DNA of 64,000 bases from Laetmonice hystrix (Eukaryota): contig OZ249441.1 in NCBI GenBank assembly GCA_965235115.1, forward strand, positions 13,888,001-13,952,000. Reading direction: 5' to 3'. The translations under genes were made by a program, and so were the position numbers. Numbering within the stretch: position 1 is the stretch's first letter; every line of letters starts with the position of its first letter. Under the pieces are notes generated by a model. The model worked only from the letters and a program-made list of their open reading frames with translations. It searched no databases and was not told the DNA's origin. Positions 47,601 through 59,600 of this stretch are shown piece after piece.

Positions 47601-50600
47601 ATTGACTGGCCTGTAATCAAGGCACAGGCAGCCCCCAAAGTGAACTGAAATTCAGTACAGTTGTAGTTAAGCATAGTTTTTTACTTGTAGAGGGGAGCAT
47701 GGCCCCAAGTGACCCCTTTGGAAGTTATATCATTTCTTGGTCAAGACAAAGGTTTTCACCCAAATTTGTTATGTTTTGCATTTACATGTAATTATATAGA
47801 ATGCCTCACAAAAGATTCAAAGGCCATTGGAAAGTGCGATTCTTCCAATTGTGCCACTTTTGTGCCACATAATTTCAGATTTCTTGTGCCTGTTGGTGTA
47901 AGAATATTGCTGGTGATGGTATGTAGCCGAGTGACTCATACAGGTCTGCTCCAAACAGGTCTACTGGGTGGGGTAAGGGAATCTTGTGACTGAAGTGGGT
48001 TGAAGTCGTCCCACCCAACCTCATGGTAGTGATCAATAAGTGGTGTATAGCCAGAGGCTTGCCAACTGTGCCAACTCCTGCCAGCAGTCACACTGGTGAG
48101 CAACCAGTTGCTGGCATGCTTTGCTTGCTTCCTGGACAGTGTAGTCAGTATAACTATTTCTACTCTGCAAAAAGGAAATACAGTAGAACCTCACAAATAC
48201 GACCACCTGAGGGACTGGCCGAAAGTGGTCGTAATTCTGAGATGGTCGTAATTCTGAAATTTGACCTGGATTAGGAAGAGTTTTGGGTATAGGGGGGCCT
48301 ATCATTTAACCTGGATTAGGGATGCTCATATAGGTATATCAGCATGATATCAGTAAAGGATGCAATAGACAAAGATTCATAGGCCTACATTTATATAATG
48401 TATAGGCCTCCTATATCCTTTTCCAGTGTTTATTTGCATGAAGAGAAAGACCAACTTGAAACACTCTAACTGAAAACTATGACAAGACTGAGTTGGATGA
48501 ACAGGAACAAGTGTGTGGGATACAAAAATCAGTCTCGGTTTATAGTGACTCAAGTAGGGTCTAGGTGGACAGAAACACCTCGGCCCATTAATCCAAGTCG
48601 CACCTCCCATTGTGTTCATAAAGTCTCTACAAACACTGCTGTTATTTAGGGTCAAGGTGGGCAGAAGCACCTCGGCCGGGTCTGTTAATCCAAGTCGCAC
48701 CTCCCATTGTCTTACAACTACATGTACATGTACAAACACTGCCAGCCACTCCATCTGGTCACTGACTGGTCGTTATTGTGAGGTTGAATCCAATTTGGGA
48801 CTGAAATAAGTGGTCGTAAAAGTGAATTCCGAGGTGGTCGTATTTCTGAAACTTAAATGCATTGAAAATATAGGGCTAATTTTGGGACTGCTCAAAAGTG
48901 GTCGTATTTTTGAGGTGGTCTTAATTCTGAGGTGGTCGTTAGGTGAGGTTCTACTGTAATAAGAAGGGGAAAAAAGGAGAAAATTTTAGAGGTAATAAAA
49001 AGGGATTAATTGTATGTTTTTTTAATCATTGCAGACATTGTCAAATCTCATATAGATTTGATGGGTTACTCTGTGAACAAGTGTTTTACTTTAGGTATTT
49101 ACAACCACACAACCACAAATTTTCACCCTGGCTTAGAAATCTTAACATGTATGCAAAGCCGTACTCCATGTAGTACATAACTTGAGTGAGCCTATGATAG
49201 TGCAATGAGTGCATCACAGGTAAAGTGCACGCCCTGACCCAAATTTTGCACACCCTGATCTTTGAATCCTGCCTTAAAGTATGTCCTGAACAAACAAAAG
49301 ATGGGGTTTTAATGTAACAGCAGGTCCAGTGCAGCTGTACACATCTTACCACAAATCTGGAGGTAGCTGAAATCTTGGCCTGTGTAGATTGATTGATCAC
49401 TGGATGTTGTGTAGTAGCCAATAAAAAGTGCCTGTGCCTCTGCCTCTGGTGTCGGGCTGTACAGGAACCACTGGCCGCAGCGTCCCAGTTTGGGCAGTAG
49501 GCAGGTCTGGTGGTGATAAGAAGGGCTGCGTACTGATACTGGCCCTATTGAAGAATGAAGACCTACCTCATGGAGGGAAAAGTCCAGTACTTGCCGTTTG
49601 ACGGGAGCGATCGCCCCGCGCCCGTCCGCTCCCGTAAAATCAGGTTTCAAAGTCTTGGTGTGTATTTTTAGTGACAAGGACTGAGCCATCTTAAAAGGCC
49701 CATGATGCTCATTAAGGGTTTTTCCTGCACAAAGAAAAAATCAAAACACAAGTCCTCTTAAAAGTAAAATATTTTGCATACAGAAAACTACAGATTGGGG
49801 GTGACCTGCTGAGTGTTGAGTGTGATATGACATGTCAGATGATGTTTCCATTTTCCAGGAGAGTTAATAGCTCCTGTACAATAAAGTGCGAGAGCGATCT
49901 TTATCTTTATTTGTGGGTATTTACTTTGATATCTGACAGATAAGTACATCTCGGGCCAAGATACATTGCAAATTTAGATTCTGATTAATTCAATTATAAA
50001 TACTCTTCAAGTTATTGAACTCGTATTAAATTAATGTAAATTTCTTGATTTCCCCTTAAAGACTTATAGGGAGATGAGAGACCTTTCGTGTATGTGGTGT
50101 AGGGATTAGGGCAGCACTGGTGCCGACACTAGATCTAGATGAGGTAGTGAGTCATAGGGTGGCCAGTCAGAGGGATTGCAGAGTCAGGTGGCTGGTAAAG
50201 GCAGTAACTGCCGTAGTCTGGTGGTCTCGTGGCTGACTCATCTCACTCTTATAGTGTCGCACCAGATATGACAAGGGATCAGGGATGTTAGAATATTATC
50301 AACTCCAGTGCCAACTAGTTGCCATTGATCTCAAGAAGTCTGTATACAACTACATGTATCATGTACTGCAGCTAGCAAGCCTGGCATAGCATCATGCCAA
50401 TTTGTTTGGCAGGGATATTTTAATCTGGAAGCTGAGCAGCAAATCTGAAGAAGGAAAATTGAAATTTAGATTTTGAGTATGACGGTCCTCTTTCAAAGAA
50501 TCCCTAAAAATAAATCCAATACACGATGTATACATTGCTTTCTCCTTATAAATATTTGCAAGTGTTTTTGCTGATTATGTCTACTGTATAATTTAGCGAG

Positions 50601-53600
50601 GTATTTAATTTAGCGAATTTAGCGATTTGCCATTTTTGCTAACAATAGTTGCAGCTAAATATAACTATAAAAGCCTTCCATAGTACTTAGTAATTCTCAA
50701 ATCGCCAAAATTTGTACCCGCGTAGGGATGTCCCCACGCTGGGCGGCGATGGGGGGGCCCGACTGGCAGCGATTTCAGCCGCCCAGCACAAAACTAAAAA
50801 GGTTCAAGTGCCGCCTGGCAGGAATTTTTATAAGGCATATTCATCTGAAAAAAATTGCACCCCTTGTCAACTGAAAACCTTGCGCCTTTGGTGCTATTCA
50901 TAGTATTGCAAAACTACCGCCCGGCACTCAGTCAAACTGCCGCCCGGCACTCAGTCAAACTACCGCCCAGCACTCAATTTTTTCTGGGCACATCCCTGCC
51001 ACTAAATAGTCTCTATTGAAAATTCGCTAAATTTTATACTGGCTAAATTAAACTGTTATACAGTATTGTTATCCTGAGGGAAAATTCAGGTATACATGTA
51101 AGATTTATTTTCTTTTTGCTCATATTTTGTGTCTTTCAGTTGCCCATACCTTGCCGTACATCTTACACCTGCCATTCCTGTGGTTGCGGCAGTACTTTTC
51201 ATCTTCGTCATGTCAACCTTGCTCCGTACAAGCTTCAGCGACCCTGGTGTTATACCCCGTGCAACGCCTGATGAGGCCGCAGACATAGAAAAACAGATAG
51301 GTGAGTTTCCCTTAATTTTTTAATTCTGATTAAATTACATGTACTGGGTAATTTTTTGCTCTACTCTTTTTTTTGGTAGGCTGTATTTGAAATGGTGGAT
51401 CCATGGGTCATTCCGTGTCAAATCACCCCAAAAAAACAGACATTTTAAACCCGACCCTCTCCGATTTTGATTAAACTTGGTATACTTGTTGATTGGGATC
51501 CCTCAGCACCAAATCTCAAATTTTAGGTCAGTCGGGCCAGTGGTTTGGGAGATACGGACCCCCAAACTTTGAGATTTTCTGCCAAAATGGGCTTGACCGC
51601 CAACATTTGAACCCCCATATCTCAGGAACTACTGGACCAATCTTCATAAAATTGATAGTGGTGGAAAGGGAATTTGACAAGGATTCCAAATCTGTCATTA
51701 TTTTTCCAGATTGGAGTATGTTAGGGTACATTGACCATTTGACCTTTTTCTATGACCTTGAAATTGACCTTGTGGATCACGTGACCTTGAGATGACCTTT
51801 CCTGGAATTTAATCTCCCACATGTTAACTAAAACATATTTCAGAGTCCCTGTGTAAATCTGTAATATTCTTTGTTTAGCAGCAATATACATTCAAAAGTT
51901 GCATGTCCATGAAAATACCGACGAATGTAGGCCAGATACGAATGTCTGTTTACAACTGAGCGGTGAGCACATGTTGGGGAATCTCCTTGTGGCCTAACCA
52001 CTTGGAGTATCATGCTTGCCGAAAGCATGCTACTGACGTCACAGTTGGGGTGTCCTAGAGGTACATAGAGAGTGAAGGAAATAAATATTTGATTAGTGGG
52101 TCATGTGACTTTGCAGAGATTCCAAGCTCTGAGTCTCCAAATACCTACCGACCTCCTCCACGGACAAAGGAGGTTGTTATTAAGGGTCAGGTGATGAAAC
52201 TCAAGTACTGCTTCACCTGCAAGATATTCCGGCCTCCCCGTGCCTCACACTGCAGCCTCTGTGACAACTGTGTAGGTCAGTACCATTACTGCGCAAACTT
52301 TTGTGGCTAACAATATTATGAAAGAAATGCAGTTTGGTGTAATCTACTAATTATATTGTTAGTATAAAAAAATCCCAATTTATGATATTTAACCATTTTA
52401 GGAGATTGAACCAAGTAGATGCAGCACAATATGACATTCATGAATTTTTCTTAGCTTTTTAATTTTTGTTTTTCAGATCGATTTGACCATCATTGCCCTT
52501 GGGTTGGCAACTGTGTTGGTCGACGAAACTACCGTTACTTCTACTTATTTATAGTGTCATTATCATTCCTCTGTGTTTTTATATTTGCCTGCGTCATCAC
52601 ACACTTAATACTAAGTAAGTACAAACTACATTTTTAGGAGATTTCCTTCAGTATAGGTATGATTTTAATGGAATGTGGCAGAAGATGAGTCCAGAAGAGT
52701 TCAGCTGAAGTTGTACTGGTAGTTCTGACATTGGGCAGATATTTTCTTTTATGAAACATTTGAAAAGTATATCCTGGAATGTGTTCACATGGTTTTGGTT
52801 TATCCAGAATGATGCTGATGCAAGCTGCTCTCACCTAATTTATCTAAAGGCCACACGTAATGTCTTGGCCTGTATAGTATGCGTCTACGTCACAGATTTC
52901 AGTCACGTCTGGTTGGCGGGAAGAAAAGAGTTATTGTCACATTTACCTTCCCATCAGATGACGCCTGATTTGGCAGTTTGTCATTTACACGCCAGAGTAT
53001 GTCTGGCACATGGCTCTCCAGCTAGCTGTGCCTGACGTAAGAGGTCACCACTGAGTACATTCCTTGGCTGTTTTATTTTATTTTTTGGCGGCTCCCACAC
53101 TTATTTTGGTGGAGAGAAGTTTATGTGTTAGTAATCATAGATAATATTCTTACAGCATGTTAGTAGCCTCAAAGAACTAGGTATGGAAATAGAAGTCGTA
53201 ACAAACTTTTTTTAGACTCTTTAGGAAGCAGATGCAGCTAATTTTGTCAGAAATACATTTACTGTATTATTTGTGAGTTGATTATACACCAGTGATGGCC
53301 GATTCTGGGCAAGTCCAAGAAACCAAATTGTGTAGTCCATTTGTCCTGTGGCAAATGATCAATTTAAACCACCTCTGTAGACAGATTGTTGGTATGTAGT
53401 ATGGCTGTTCTCTCTAATTATCTTATGGATTCAACATGCATGGAAGCACAACATGCTCATAACAATTAGGGAGGTTTTTAAATGTTCACAGTCATATTGT
53501 AATTTATGATACAAGTCTTGCTCAGATTTCTTTGAAAGATCTCATAATGTGCAGGTTGCCCAGCACTCCTGTATTTTCTATAAATTCTTATATTTTTCTG

Positions 53601-56600
53601 GCCATCCTATAATTCCTATATTTAGACAATTAGAGATTCCTATATTTGAAAATCTCTGTAGTGTGTATAAGAGACGTTCATTGCAGAAACATAGATTCAA
53701 CCTGCATTTTGGCTGTTTGTATCTAATACTCGTTTATAAAATCGACTTTATGTATATTAAAAGTTGTGGTGAGGCAAGGCTGTAGGGTTGATGGAGGCCT
53801 TCGTGAATAGATACAGATGTGTTTATTTACCATTTTAGAAGCTACCATGTACCTCGATCTTGCTATACGGTAATTTCTATTAAGAAATTAATAGAATGAC
53901 CCAAATTGCCCCTAAATATATTCCTAAAATTCCTATATTCTGATATGTTTGTGTAAACTGCTGGGCACCATAAAAGTGATGCAGTCTTACTCAGGGCAAG
54001 CATTGCAATACAGATGTAAAATGGTCGGTGTCACGTGTACACATGCGTGCTCCGTGTATACAGGTGTGTAGATCTGGGAGTAGGGGATGTGGGCGGGCAG
54101 TGGTCAGCTCTGACAGCTGCTCCACTAGCCATCATGTGGTCAGGCAGAGATAATGGAGGATTAACTGTAATGATTGTAGGTGGGGGCCCAGCATCCATCT
54201 GTCTCCCTTCTCCAGTCATGGGCCACAGAATGGACTAGACATGTGGCGCCCGCCAGTCTGACCAGTCCAGATTTTTACTCTGATGGATCCAGAGAACTGA
54301 TACAAAAGTTTTTTAAGATTTGTTGAGATTACGGTAAAGGCTAGCAAATCTTACATAGACATTGATAGAAGATGAGGATATTTATGTTGACGATATATCA
54401 TCCAGCTCAGTAATGGCTCACTGACTGTGGTGGTTGTTTGGTAGAGTCAGTATGGTTGTGAGTCTGAGTTTCAAGGACAGTCCATTTGGTAGTCAAAGAT
54501 TAATATTTGAAACATCTGATATACCGGTACTTAGACGAGAAAAAAGACTAACATCAATTTTGTTATGTCATTTCATGCTTTGTGCTTGTAACTTTTTTGA
54601 AGACTACATCCAATACTTTGTAGTGGAAAAGAAAAACAGGTTGTAGCAAAGAGCAAGAGGTAAAAGGACCGATAGTAACATTGATTGTGAAGGGTTCATT
54701 AAGTTTTGTAATGGTAAGTGTTGTCATGAAATAGATTGGAATATTGTCCTTTGGGTTGTCATCCTGGCCGGGGGGGGGGGGGGGGGGACTAATAGTTGAC
54801 CTATGGCAATAATGGTTATGAAGTTCATGACCTGTGTATGCTGCCATGATAGATGAACTGATGCTGGCATTTAAATATGTCGTCCCGATGTGATTGCTGC
54901 TATAATGAATGATACCATGTACAAATGTACTAAGTTAATGTTTTACTGTTGGGATTCTTGTTTCAGGAGCACAACAGAGCGACTTCCTTGTCGCCATGAA
55001 AGATTCACCAGCCAGATATCCTTGTTATTATCACAATATCAGACATGAAATGCCAGCCCCAAGTAGTTGTAAGTTGGTGGTATAGTAATTATACAATGGC
55101 TATAGCGGGGTATAAATATGCAAAGTTGATATATGCACTGATTTCACTGAATTGTATTTATCATGTCATATTGCCTTAACCTTGTCCACCATATTGGAAG
55201 CCATTGTATGCTTCTTCTCTGTTTGGTCCATTATTGGGCTTGCTGGATTCCACACATATCTCACCTCTTCTAACCAAACGACCAATGAAGATGTAAGTCG
55301 TTTCCATTCGTCTATCAACAACTCGTGCAGATACAGAAAAGAACATTAGAAGACAGAAAAAAAGTAGAAAAGTTAACTTTGCTGAAATGGTTTACATAGG
55401 TTTATAAGTAGAGAGTACCAGTAGGCCGAAGAGCATGTTTTAGGAATATGATTTTTTTATAATACTGATACTGAAGATAACATTTAGTATCCCTTCTTCA
55501 GATCAAAGGATCGTTTTCATCACGACGTGGTCAGGAGAATTTCAATCCATTCAGCAGAGGAGGGATACTCAAGAATTGTTTACAGGTCATTTGTGGACCC
55601 GTTCCCCCAAGGTAAGAGAGGTTATCATGGAGCTACACTTGGTGGGCTTTAGCTTTACACTGGTATGAGAAACATGTAGGACCAGGCTAATATTGAAATA
55701 AAATTTGAAACGGCACTTAAAATAAGAACCAGTTAGAAGGTTCATTCTCTCTTTAGTTACTTAGTGTTACTTCTAAGAAGACAAGTAAATAAGAGGTCTT
55801 CACCCTAGTTCTTTAATTAATGATACTTGCACACCAAAATTGAAAACCAGAGTATATATAAATCTCCTTTAAAGTCCCTCTGTATTTTATCTGAGTTTGG
55901 GTCAGCTAGATAACCAGGCACTAATCTGAACAAGATGCTTTTGTTAACAAGATGTTTTTGTGGCTAAACAATTCTTATTGAGATCTTGGCCGTGTTAGCA
56001 GAGTATCTGTATGAAGTATTGGAGCTACAAACAATGTGTAACACATGATTAAAGCATGGATCAACAGAAATAGTTGTGGAATCCATTACCATTGAGTTAC
56101 TGTTTTCTTTTTACCAGCCTCATTGACCGGCGAGGGTTTGTAGTGCCTGATCTGAGCCAGCAGACTGTTCCACCTTCAAACATTGTGCAGAATGGTGGTG
56201 AAAACAATGCTGTAAACAAAGTATGGCATGAAAGTTATGGGGCAACTACCACCACACAACCCAAGGTTGGTAGTGCTCTTTCTTGGTCTTATTTGAAATA
56301 TAATTTTATACCGCTGCTATTTGATATACATGTATTGATAGGTCCTGCAGGGATATTGCAGAGATGCCATTCCTCCACTTTTTAATGGAATTCCACTTTT
56401 TCTCTCCTCCCCTCAAAAATTGTTTTTTCCCCTATAAATATTACTAATAAAACTTACCAGGACATGCAGATATGGTCCTATGTGTAACTTATAACAATAG
56501 GCCTATATCTCTTACATACTACTGGTTCCCATCCCAACGGATGGCATCTGGATCTACCCAGCCTCTCCCCGGAGTGCCTGCCCCTGGGTGCCGGTAGGAC

Positions 56601-59600
56601 GGGCTATCGAGCGCTGCCACGCCCTTCAGCCTGTAGACCTGTTCCATTTTTTAGTGGAATGCAGCCTAGCAAAATAGTGAAATACGGGCAAAACGGCTGC
56701 TTGTTGCTGATTAGTTCAAAATCATTTGGATCGTTGAACCAGAGATAGGAATCCAAGCTCTCTTTAATCGTGAATGAAGACGCAATCAGCGATCAGGTGT
56801 TCGGGTGATGACACTTGTAGGTGTTATCGGGATTCAGAGTGGCAACAAATCAGAAGGACTTATAGCCATCCCCAATAGGTTTATGGCGCAAGGAGAGGGC
56901 CCATGTTGGCAGAAATATATATTTTTTATTTTCCACTTTTTTTTCAAAGTGGGAGTGGCAACTTTGATATTGTTTACAATAGAGAAGTTGTATCTTTAGA
57001 TCACAGACATGTATCCAGCCTGGGAATTCGTTCTCTATACCCTCTGTAATTTTTTTTGCCACAGGGGGGAAGTGTGGTTGCCAATAACAAGGCGGTGTCA
57101 CCGGTAGGATCAGGGCCGACACTACAGGCAGGTACTCCTGTTACACCGCTAGGTTCGGGCGTCGATGACCCACATTATGCGCTTGATGAGCGGCCACTAA
57201 CAGGTGAGTTGATGGTTGGATTGATCTCTGAATTCTCGTAATGAAACCATAGAGTAATTGGGTTACTTCATTTTGAGTTGTCATATAATGAAACACTAGA
57301 GTACTCGGGTTACCTCATTTTGAGTAATTAGAGGCTGAATGTGTACGTGTAGTTCACTTAGGGCCATAGGAAGTCCAATGTTGTACAGGTAAATACCATG
57401 ATCTGTTCTTACCGGCTTTCAAACATAAGCTAAAGAAAGTAGGCCCTTTTTTTTTGAAGGTAATTCATTAGTCTAAGTCTTTCAGACCGGTGCACACAGC
57501 TGATCCCTGTATTGGGAATCACCAAGTTTTTATTTGTTACTGGAAATGACTGGATTCTCTCGTATACGGTACGGTAGTGACAGTCATAACACCATGATAC
57601 AATCTCGGTATTCATAAAAATGTGGAAAACTCTCCAAACTTTAGAAGTGAGAGTTTATCCTTAACGCTAAAAAACATTCAAAAAGTTAGTGGTGATTACA
57701 AGGTGCTATAGTTGTTGTATTCAAAATTTAATTTCAGTTGTATCCACTATATATATTGGTAGGTTCATGATTACAGGGTTATTTGGTATGAATCACAGAA
57801 ATGGGAACCCCACTAAGTAGGTAGCACATTAACAAAATACCAATACACTGAAGGCCTCACAGTGTTTCTCATCAGTGTCAGTCACTTGTTATTGGTTGTG
57901 ACACATGTCTGCTACAATGATGAGTTTAATCCACTCCTGACAAGGTTTAATCAGAATAATTGAACAGTCTGATGGGAGGGCAGGAGAGAGAAAAAGGAAG
58001 AATACTACTTTTATCTTGTTCTGAGAAAGGGGGATAGAAACCTAAACCATTCACATATCTGCTTTAGATTTGCTAAAGTTTGCTTTCTTTTAATTTTATT
58101 TCTTTCTTAGCCTTGGTCTGTTAGAATAGCGTGAGCTTTGTCGGTATAATTGTTTTTTTCATATGAATAAGAACTAGAATGCAGTGTTGCAAGAATGCAG
58201 TGAAGAAATTATCCTTTACGAATGTATGGCTACTGTTCTGCAGACCTTGGTTGTGTCTGAGAGGATGGGTGGGAGATGAATGAAATAACCAAATACTACA
58301 CATACACATGATATCACTCACATCTGCCCCCACTTTGTAGGAATGATCTTATGTTAGGTTTTAGGTTTTAGTTTCTTGTAGTGGTTGCCCAGTAAAGAAG
58401 TATCTTTATGCAGTCAAACTCGGAGAACGGGAATGCTTGCTGTAGGTTACATTTTATTCATATACATGTAGTAACCCGTCGATCACCCCATGCAATGGGG
58501 GACTCAACATCATTATAATATGGTAAATGATAAATCCATATAACGTGTAACTGATATATGTAGCATAACATAACAATACCATAGTCATAATACCATAACT
58601 GATAATACATTATATAGAAATACATAGTCCAAAATACACGGATATAGGTATAGTATGCCTTATTAGGTGGAGACAATGCCCATCCAGGAACCCAAATACA
58701 CACCCATCCAACCAAACTGAGAAAAGAACTCGAGCAGCCATGCTGACCCCGAGCCAAACCCAGCAGGCCTACATAAAAACATAAGTGAACCTAGACAAAG
58801 GCGTTGAGACAGAATATTCCCCCAAGTCGACATGAAACATGGAGGAGTCGGGGCGGAGGTGGGCCGTCTGATTGCCACGATGCTTCCAAAGGTAGAGAAC
58901 TCGACTCTGTCTGCTCGGTTGTATTTATACCCTCCGAATCGTCTCCCAAGTCGCCTTCGTCACTTCCGACCCAGAACGCGCGAGAGGTGAGAACCAAGAT
59001 GGTGGTTAACGGGAGTACAGCTATTGTTTACATTTCCTTGACAATACATACTGAGCACACGACATGGGTCCTAGATACATATTATGTGAGAGTACCTATA
59101 CTAATCTCATACCTACGCAAACTCCTCGTTTCTCCTCCATAAATGATCCCGGCTCTTTGGCGCCGAGCTCGGATTTTCCCAATAATGATGCGTGGATCGA
59201 GTGATTTCACTCGAAACTGTTCTCTTATTTGGATAAATAATGTCAAATTCTCATCTTTGAAATTTCCAGAAAACAACCCTACTGAACGTAAGAGTTGTTT
59301 TGTATGCTCCCAACTCTTTCAAACTTCATATGTCTGGCCTACAACAAGGTGTCATACATATGTATCAAAGTCTCGTTACAAATCAAGTCAGTTCATCTGT
59401 TCATTTGTTAACATGTATGTGATGAACAACAGCATCAAAGCTATCACAATATGATCCACCTGCACTTGAGAAACAAACATCCGTTTCAGTTTATACAAAA
59501 TTGAAATTTCATATAATATACACACTATAGAAATGTCACTGCTTGCATTGAATAATAAAAACGTAAATTTAGAGAAACATAACTAATATCATGTAGAGCT

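Noticed and set aside
51405-51830. Repeat-like segment starting GGGTCATTCCGTGTCAAATCA with TGACCTT motifs
   Set aside because: Probably a transposon fragment, but the second end and family could not be established.
56461-56487. Possible micro terminal exon DMQIWSYV* ending in a PDZ-like SYV
   Set aside because: Acceptor lacks an adjacent pyrimidine tract; eight codons can arise by chance.
59082-59276. Minus-strand 64-aa ORF that looks protein-like
   Set aside because: Starts at a non-ATG codon, no recognisable domain, no convincing splice partners.
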